A stretch of DNA of 28,056 nucleotides. Source: Fonticula alba ATCC 38817. Its lineage: Eukaryota > Protista > Nucleariida. Positions 19,847 to 28,056 of the stretch are shown here, piece by piece. The stretch lies in NCBI GenBank assembly GCA_000388065.2, contig KB932202.1. One strand, 5' to 3'. Numbering within the stretch: position 1 is the first letter of the stretch; each line of letters begins with the position of its first letter. The position numbers were made by a program, and so were the translations under genes. The notes under the pieces were generated by a model, which was given only the letters and a program-made list of their open reading frames with translations, was not told where the DNA came from and ran no database searches.

Positions 19847-19988
19847 CTGCCAGTGCTCCGCCATCTCACTCTCTCCTCGAGAGGGTGGCTGCTGCGCACG
19901 AAAGGGTGGCCTTGTGTTTTCGGGAGAGCCAGCGAGAAGGCGAGGGGAGCCCCCTTGCGAGGGATGGACTTCATCGGCCCATCCCCTC

Positions 19989-20019
<31 letters not shown>

Positions 20020-20389
20020 CCCCTCCCCTTCCTCACTCTCTGTCTTTCTCCTCTGTGTTGCAGATTGTCCTTCTTCTATTTCCCCCTCTCCCTCTGTCCT
20101 CCATTGTTTATGTATCATATCCCCCCTCCTCCCCTCCTCTCTCCCCTTCTCCGTGGAAAGGCGTGACGGATACGCTGTGTTGACCGTTCTCCACCGAGCC
20201 CCTCCTCCGCTCTTCTTCCATCGAGAAAATATACACCCAATTGTCTTCCTCTCCGTCTGTGTCCCCCCCCCCCTCCCCTCGCAAGACACTCCCACGGTTC
20301 GGGCCCCTTTTCCGATGATCTTGCACGAGAGGGGGAATCACATGCCACGGGATCACATGAGAGTATGGAACCGTTTCTGTTCCCACGTC

Positions 20390-20417
20390 CACCGTTTAAA
20401 TATAAACACAAACGGTG
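20390..20417 (+). promoter_or_regulatory. Candidate regulatory element: AT-rich core with TATAAA and ATAAACA flanked by an 8-bp inverted repeat
   Basis: CACCGTTT-AAATATAAACAC-AAACGGTG is a rare AT island in GC-rich DNA, about 1 kb upstream of the DP ATG. Function is not demonstrated. Confidence 0.3.
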
Positions 20418-20725
20418 CGCCGGGACCGGGGGCAAGCGGACGAGGGGGGCGGGGAACGGGCAGCACGCCAGACTGGCTGACAACGAACGCCCAATGTCCC
20501 GCCGGCCACCCCGTCGTTGTCGTCTCCCCGCCTCCGCAACAAGAGTTCGGGCTGTTCGCATCATCGGTGACGGTTAGATGCCTGGGTTCCGGGGATTCGG
20601 CCTGGAAGGTGTGTGTGTGTATGCGTGTCATGAAGCGCGATGGTCGTGGGCAGGCAGGGGACAACACCGGGGGGAGATGCCCCCGGGGCCCCGCTCAGGG
20701 AGTTAGCAGCACGGCCAAAGGGGTG

Positions 20726-20731
20726 AATAAA
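20726..20731 (+). terminator. Possible polyadenylation signal (AATAAA) for the kinase transcript
   Basis: The only AATAAA I noticed between the kinase stop and the DP start, about 940 nt after the stop. Motif match only. Confidence 0.2.
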
Positions 20732-21007
20732 TCCCGCACCCACGGAGAATGCGCTCGGCACACACCGCACAGCTGCCACTGCCCCCGGTCGCGCAAGGCC
20801 CCTCCACATCCCTGCGCCTCCCATCTCCCGGGCCCGGTCTTCGCACTGCACATGCAGCCTTCGGGAATTCGCTTCCCCGACAGGAGGGCATCCGGGCGTT
20901 GGCTCTGGCGAGGGGGCCTGTGCTGGTGCTCCTCGCCCCTGGGTCCCCCTCGCCCAGGCGCAAGGTCTGCCCTCATGGCCTGACTCCCCCCCCCTGTCCA
21001 GAGCTCG

Positions 21008-21046
<39 letters not shown>

Positions 21047-21431
21047 CGCTCGCTGAGCGTGCCGTTCAGAGGAGGGATCTCCACTCAAGAGCCGAGACCG
21101 CATTCGGGACTCCTCGGCCAGAGGGCGTAATCAAGCCCCCTCCTTCTCCCTGTCCCTATCTCTCTCTCTCTCTCTCTCTCCCTCTCCCCTTCCCTGCTCT
21201 TTGCCCCCCGTTGCCCTCCCCTTCCCCATCCTGCTTCCCGGCATTGAGTGGGCGCACTTCGACCGACACACAGGCGCCCTCCTCTTCCTCTTTCCCCCCT
21301 TCCCCTCCCCCCCCGCCCCCCCCCCCCCTCTCCTCCGCACCTACGCATATGCCACCGAGCGCACCCGACCAACGCTCGTCTGCTGCCCGTCCCCTGCCCT
21401 TCTTCATTTTCAACTCCACCTCCTCACTCCA

Positions 21432-22217
21432 ATGACCGCCACAGCCCCGGCCCTGGCGCCTGCGGCACGGACCCGCGGTCGGCCGCCCAAGGGTGTTACC
21501 GGAGCTGCGGCTCGTTCGCGTGCTGCAAAGGCGCAAGTTGCTGCCGCGGCAGCCGGCCCAAGCGCCGCACGTGCCACCGCCAAGTCGTCCCCGGCGCCCC
21601 TCCTGGGAGCCACGCTGCCGGCCTTGCCGGCCCTGCTCTCCGGATCACCCGGCCCCTCCGAGCCCATGGCCAGCAGTGCCGGCCCAGACTCCGATCCTCT
21701 GATTCCCACAAAGCTGGAGGATTTTGGTGCGCCCTTCCCCGGTCCTCACCCCCCTCCCTCCGTCCGCCGGCCTCTTCCCACAGGCCCCGGTCTGACCTTC
21801 AATCGACGGGTCTTCGCCCCATGCGCCCATACCTCCGACCCCCCCCCCATCCCGCGACGCTGGTTCCTCGCACCCAGGCGGCAGCGGTGCCGACGCCGCC
21901 CAAATGAACCTGGGCCTTTCCTTCTGCGAGGGGTCGTCCTTTACGTCCTCCAACGCCCGGGACTCGGCCGATGAGCGCGGGCCAAACGCCCCGCCTGGCG
22001 GGAGTGCCCCAAGCGGCAGCGGGCCAAGTGGCAGCGGCAGTGGCGCCGGCGTCGGCGGCAGCGGCACTGGGCCCGATAATGCAAAGAGCCTTCGGCAGCT
22101 GAGTATTCGTGTCCTCCAAAAGATCGAAGAAAAGCGCGTGACCACCTATCGCGAGGTACGCTCTTGCTGCTTGCTCTGCTCCCCCCTTCCCATGTCCTTC
22201 TCCTTCCCTCCCTCCCT

Positions 22218-22248
<31 letters not shown>

Positions 22249-25200
22249 GCTCTCTCGCTCTCTCCTCCCTTCTTTGCCTTTTGGTCTTCCGCTCAACTAA
22301 CACCCCTGCCATCCCTTCGCCGTTCATAGGTTGCTGACGAGCTTGTCCTCGAGTTTGCGGCCCTCGAGGCCGGGCTCGATGAGTCAACCGATGGCAGTCT
22401 CGGGTCTTTCTCGCGGCCCCTCACGGCCCCCGGAGGTTTTCATGGCAGCAGCGATGCCGGAGACTCTTCGGTGCCAGCCAGCCCGGCGGGATCGGACATG
22501 CTGCCCGACACCCCGGATGACCAGGGCCACCATGCGCTGGACTCGTCATTGGCCGGCCCGAATGGAGGCCCGCCGTCCTCGTCATCGGCCTTGGTTCCGG
22601 CCGAGGGGCCCCGCCGCGGAGGACGCAAGCATCCCACCGCGCAGAAAAACATCCGCCGGCGCGTGTACGACGCCATCAATGTCCTGGCCGCGTTGGGTAT
22701 CCTGTCGAAGGGCCCCTCCAAGAAGATCCGGTGGATTGGCTTCTCTCGTAGCAAGGTCACCAGCATCACCTCGCTGGAGGTGCGTCTTGTCGTCCTTTCG
22801 GCCTCCCTCCGCGCTCCGGCTGCTCCCATGTTTGAGCCAGTGCCTGCGCATGCGCCATTCGTACATGTCTCTCGCCTGCCGGCCCGCTCACCCCTCTTGC
22901 CCTCCCCCCCCCCTCTCTCTCTCTCTCGCTCTCTCTTTCGCCCCCTCCTTCTCTTCTTCCTCTCTCATCAGCGCGAGCGCAATGACCTGCGCGCTCGCAT
23001 GCTGGCCAAGCGCCTCGAGCTCCAGAGCCTCATGGCCGAGCATGTTTGCCTGCGAAATCTCTCCCAGCAGCGGAATGCCGGCGACACGGCCCCGGCGGCA
23101 GACCCGGCCGAGCCAACTGTCAAGCACATCCCCCTGCCCTTTATCCTGCTGAACAGCACGGCCGACGCGCAAATCCAGGCCATCGTGGCGCCCGAGGGCC
23201 ATGTCGTGGATTTCCAATGCGAGGGCGAATGCACGGTCATCCGCGATCAGGATGTCCTCCGGTCGCTCGGGTACCACCGGGTTCCGCGCGAGGATTTCGA
23301 CCGGTGGATCCCTCAGCAGCTGCACCCCTGGCTGCCGCGTCTGGTCAGGCAGGAGCTCGACGCCAATCCCGGTCCGTCTTCGCATCCGGCCGTCGACTTC
23401 CCCCTCCCCGTGCTTTTGTGCTTACTTTGATGTCCTGCCCGTGCCCGCCTCACTTCGCCCACTATGTCATGGCTGCAATCTGCTCTCTCCCCCCCTCTCC
23501 CTCCCTCCCTCCCTCCCTCTCTCTCTCTCTCTCTTTCTCTCGTCCCCTCGCCCCCTTGCCTGCAGATCCCAAGCACATTATCGAATTCCTGCCGGACCAT
23601 GAGCCAACCGGCCCCAGTGTCGGCGACCTCCTTGGTGCTGGGTCGTCTGGCCTTCGCACGCTTCACAACCAGAGTACATACCCCAATCCCCCACTCGCCA
23701 CATGTTGCCTGCCCCTCCCTTACACCTCGGCACTCATGCTCTCCCCTTCTCCCCCCCCCCCCCCCGCCCCCGGATGTGCCAGAACCCTCCGACCGGCAAC
23801 ATACCCCCTCCCTTTTCGAGTCCAAAGGCACCGGTGCCGGTGGTGGTGGAGATGGCCCGGCCATGCTGAAGGACGCATCGCCAGGGCTGCTGGCGCCTCC
23901 GGCGACGGCCTTCTTCCTGGGCTCGGGCCCCGTCTTTGCGGGTGGCGCTTCTTTCGGCATTCGGCCGCCCTTGCCACCGGGCAGCCAGGTGGCCGGGCAG
24001 TATGCCACCACGACGATGGGCATGAGCGCCGAGCTGGGCGCCGACTCGGAGGGCACCGCTCGTGGGCTATCCCCCGGCAGGGAGGCCACTCCGGTGCTGT
24101 GCTCTTCCGCGCCCGAAGGCAAGACCCCCCGGCGGAAGCGCGCCGCTCGGCCGGCCTCGGCGGCCAAGCCGCGAGCCACCGCCAAGTCCGCCCCCCTGGC
24201 GAGTGCCGCCGGTGGCGGTGGCGCTTCCTTGCCACCCGTGCCCGCCGGGGCCCCCAATGCCGGGGACTTGGACATGGGGGTTTTCGCCGGGCAGGAGGAT
24301 GGCCCGTCGGCGCGTGGGTCCTCGCCTGGCATGTACGCCGGCCCGGCGAGTGACCACGATCTCACCGGGAACCTGTCCATGATCGATGTCCTCCCCGGTC
24401 CGGGAGGTCCCGGCTCCGGGGCCACCGAGATCTTCGAGTCGGATTCCTTCTTCACGCATGAGGCCTCGTCTCCGGCCTGTCGATTCGAGGACCCGAGCGA
24501 TTCCGGGCCCCCCTACTCCACGGTGATCGGGGGCTTTGGCGATCCGGCACTCGATGATCCTCGGGGGCCCTTCCACCCTGCCCACCACCCGTACTACCCG
24601 GGGCCGGGGGAGGTGTACGTCGGCCCGCCCGGGGTCACCCCTCCAGGCGGCCTGGCTGGCAGCGGCGGCCCCGGCGGCTACCACCACTATGCACCGGATG
24701 CCGGGGGCCCCCCCCCGATGGCCGGCGCGTCGCACTATCCCCATGCCCAGTACTCGGTGTTCCAGCCACTGGCGGCCGGAGCGCCGGCAGCGGGGCCGCC
24801 CCCACCGGGCGCCCCCCCGCCAGGCCCCCCGACCATGGGCCCAGCGCATACGCCCTTCCAGGCATTCCAGTCGCCGCCCCTGCCACCCCCACCGCCGGCC
24901 GGTCCGCATGGCTACCCGCACTATGGGCCGGCGTACTCGCAATACTCGCACTATGGCCAGCCGCCGGGCCCGGTGGCGCAGGGCCCGGTCCCTGCCCCGC
25001 CGCCAGGGGCCCACTACCACTACTACCAGCAGCCGCAATCACAGGCGCAGGCGCAGGCGCACCCGGCTGCAATCCCCCCACCGGCGTCGGTGATGATGCC
25101 CCATGGCCATGGGCATCACCAGTATGCCCCTTTGGCACATGCCCTCCCCGGCACTCGGGCCGATGTGCGACAGATGTACCACCTGCAGCCGGGGGGGCAC

Positions 25201-26952
25201 CCGCATGCCGGGCCGGCGGGGCCCAGTGCCGCCTCCGCCGGCGGCGGCGGCGCCGGCGCCGGCGCCGCCGCCGGCGCCCAGGCCGCCGGATACTACGCCC
25301 ATCGACCGGGCACGGACGCGGCCGGGTCCGCGGGCTACCTTTATTCCGCTCCTCCGGGGGCCGGGGCGCCGCTGATGGTGGCTGCTCACCCGAGGGGGAT
25401 TCCGTCGGCGCATGTGCCCCAATCGGCTGACTCTTTGATTGTGGCACCGATGGCCGGGGCGGGGGCCAGGGCAGTGGCCCTTTCCAGCCCAGCCCCGGGT
25501 CCCGGGAACATGAGCCGCGATGGGACTCCCGACATTGGCAACCTTTCGGTGGATCTCAGCCACAGCGGCGGCGGCGGCGGCGGCGGCAGCAGCAGCAGCA
25601 GCAGTAGCAACAACGGCAACGGCAACGGCAGCAGCAGCAGCAGCAGCAACAGCAGCAATGGCAGCAGCAGCAGCAGCGGCGGCGGCGGCGGCAACAGCGC
25701 CAGGGCCTCAGCGCAGGCACTCCCACGCCAGTCGTCCACATCCGGCCTGCCGGTGAGCTCGCTCTCGGCCCCGACACCCGTCCCTGACGCCGAGCCGGTG
25801 TACCACCCGGTGCCACTGGAGCACATCGGTGGCCCGGCCGGTGCCCAGCAGCCGTACCTCCGCCCGGGATCTGCCGACCCCACGGCCGGAGCCGAGAACG
25901 CCGTTCCATTTGGCGGCCTGGTCACCGGATACGGGTTCGGCGGCCCGGAAGTCGCGCACCCACACGCCGGTGGTGGTTATCTGCCACCGCCGCCGCCGCC
26001 GCCGCCGCCGTCGTCGTCGGCCCCCCCCTCGCAGTACGGGTACCACCATCCACACGCGTACCACCCGCCGGTGGTCGGCTCGGGCCCGCAGCATGTCGCC
26101 TACCACTCGTCCCATGTGCCGCCCGGGCCGCAGCATGCCGCCTACCATGGGCCTCCCGGCGCCAGCCACCCGCATCCCCCCCACCACCCGCACCATTCCC
26201 ACCATTTGCAGCCACCCCCGCCGCCACCGCCACCGCCGAGGCAGCACCACCTGGGCTTCGGTGGCGCTGCCCCGCCTCCGGCCGGCCACCCCGGCGCCGG
26301 GCTCTACTCCTACTCGCCGGTGGTGGGCCCCTTCACTGCGGCCAGCCCGGCGCAGGCACACCCATCCGGCCCCGGTAGCAGCAGCAGCAGCAGCAGCAGC
26401 AGCTCCGGCGGCAGTGGCTTTGGCGATCTGTCTGGCAGCTCGGATATGGCCTTCATTCCGTCCAATCTGGAGCTCAGCGATGCGGATTTGTCGCTTGTGT
26501 CGTATGGCTCGCTGCCGGCCGAGCCGGTGGCCGACCCCGCCGTGGTGGACCCGATGGCCGAGGGCTTCAGCGCCTCGCGGCCGCCCCTGCCGCCGGGGCT
26601 TCCCGGCAGCACGGTGGCCGGCTCGGGGGTCGCGGCGCCGCCCTCCGGCGGTGGCCAAGTGGCCACGGCTCGGGCCAAGAAGCCCGGCCCTCGGACCCGG
26701 CGAAAGCCCACCCCTGTGGCCGGCGTCGAGCTGGCTCCCGGGCATCAGATCCCGGAGTTGCCGGTCTCCCAGCAGGCGGCCTCTCCGCCGGGCCCGTGCG
26801 CCACCACTTCCCCGGAGCTGGCTCCGCCGGGCTTGATGTCGTCCGGCCAGGAGGGCGATCCGCATGTGGCGCTGGCGGCCGGCGGGGGGGCGGCCGCCAA
26901 GACGCCCTCGCCCGCACCGGCCGGCACATGTGATGTCACTGCCTCCGGCTGA
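21432..26952 (+). CDS. TFDP1: Transcription factor DP (E2F dimerisation partner); exons 21432-21726, 21878-22155, 22330-22779, 22972-23371, 23566-23673, 23783-26952; 1566 aa
   Basis: The spliced product has KSLRQLSIRVLQKIEEKRVTTYREVADELVLEF and the DEF box QKNIRRRVYDAINVLAALGILSK..KKIRWIG. It continues into the coiled coil RERNDLRARMLAKRLELQSL...LRNL.QRN and the marked-box region IPLPFILLN....I....F....F/C.V..D.DVL..LG. These match DP rather than E2F. Exons sum to 4701 nt, a multiple of 3; stop at 26950-26952. The junctions around exon 5 (GTCCGT and GTACAT donors) are the least certain. Confidence 0.87.
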
Positions 26953-27153
26953 TTTCCCCATGCCCGGAGATAATACATGTCCTTGTCATGTGCGCGCGTC
27001 GTCTGCCTGGCCCAGTGCGTTGGCACTGGCCGAATGTGTCGAAACATCGCCGGGGACACCTGTTCTCCTTTTTGTGCCCATCGGGCGTGGGGGGAGGACG
27101 CACATGCGTGTGTGTCTCCTGTGTGTCTCTGTGTGCTGTGTCTCTCTGTGTCT

Positions 27154-27158
<5 letters not shown>

Positions 27159-27195
<37 letters not shown>

Positions 27196-27210
27196 GCGTG
27201 TGCGTGTGTG
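27159..27210. repeat. (TG)n/(TGCG)n microsatellite downstream of the DP stop
   Basis: Visible run; another (TG)n lies at about 27648-27674. Confidence 0.9.
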
Positions 27211-27647
27211 CACGCGCGCCGTGTGTGCCGGGCCGGCAGGTCGTTGTTGCTGGGCGGGGCTGTTTTTCCCCGCCGGGACCGGGGCAGTCGTGTCACCCCG
27301 GTGGGCAGGGCAGGGGCGGAGGGGGTGAGGAGCAGAGGCTGCGCTGGGCCGACACACCTCGGGGCACATGGTCCCAGCGCTCTCTCCGGCCGGGGAGCAG
27401 CGGCTGGCTGAGAGACGCTTGCGGTTGCATGCGCGTCGGCATGGCGCCATGTACCACACCGGCGGCACGCCCCCCGCGCACCGGCTGCCCGATGTGGCCT
27501 CCCAGCGGCCGGGCCAAGCAAGAGCACGCAGGCACACGCCGGTCATCGTCCTCGTGGCGGGACCATGGGCGGGGGGAGGCGGGACGGAAATGCCGCTAGT
27601 GTTGTGGGTGAAGGAGCCGCCCCCACTCCTGAGCCCACGATGCCCCG

Positions 27648-27680
<33 letters not shown>

Positions 27681-28056
27681 CACACGGCCGGGCGCAGGCA
27701 CCCACTGGCCTCAAGAACGCGGGTGACAAGTCAACCTTTTGTTTGTGCGCCGGGGTGGGTGAGCGGGGCGGAATGCCCGCCCGGCGGCCGTAGACGAGTG
27801 CCATCTGAGTAAGGGGCTGGTCCGGGTGGGGCTGAGGTAGGGCCCCCCTGTTGGTGGCCCTCGCACTGTGTGTTCCACTCGGGATGGGACCCCCCCCCCC
27901 GCTGCCGGCCCCCGCCCGCCCCCCATGGGGAGTGGGGGGGCGTGGCTGCGCGGCGGGCGCGTGGCCGTCCTGGAGGACGCATTCCGCCATCCCTTGGCCC
28001 AGGACCCCTTTCGGGGAGGGGAAGCTGGGCGCGCGTCCCCCCCCCCCCCCCCCCCC

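Noticed and set aside
22642-22740. Assignment of gene 3 as E2F rather than DP
   Set aside because: VADELV, QKNIRRRVYDA and the LPFI marked-box pattern are DP-type. The E2F-type KRRIYDITNVLEG motif is absent.
27262-27274. E2F-site-like TTTCCCCGCC, with a similar one near 11206
   Set aside because: It does not match TTTSSCGC exactly, and such near-matches are expected in GC-rich DNA.

Overview
GC-rich eukaryotic genomic DNA with spliceosomal GT-AG introns, CTGAC branch points, many microsatellites and two N-gaps. No prokaryotic features were found. Three multi-exon + strand genes can be built with phase-consistent splicing. (1) The 5'-truncated end of a Tea4/Bud14-like SH3 protein carrying about five Ras-association (RA)/ubiquitin-like domains (1-4657). 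(2) A LAMMER/CLK kinase (11801-19787, about 2240 aa) with about 595 aa of Ala-rich N-terminus and an unusual C-terminal tail of about 1325 aa that starts with a 7-Cys/His cluster and contains polyQ. (3) A DP (E2F dimerisation partner) transcription factor (21432-26952, 1566 aa) with an AT-hook, a 95-aa loop in the winged helix and a G/P/H/Y/Q-rich tail of about 1050 aa. A 7.1 kb stretch without recognisable genes lies between genes 1 and 2. A fungal-type polarity scaffold next to a DP gene suggests an early-branching holomycotan, for example Fonticula-like; this is inference only. Most other ORFs in the track are GC shadows or microsatellite translations. All family assignments come from remembered motifs, not database searches.
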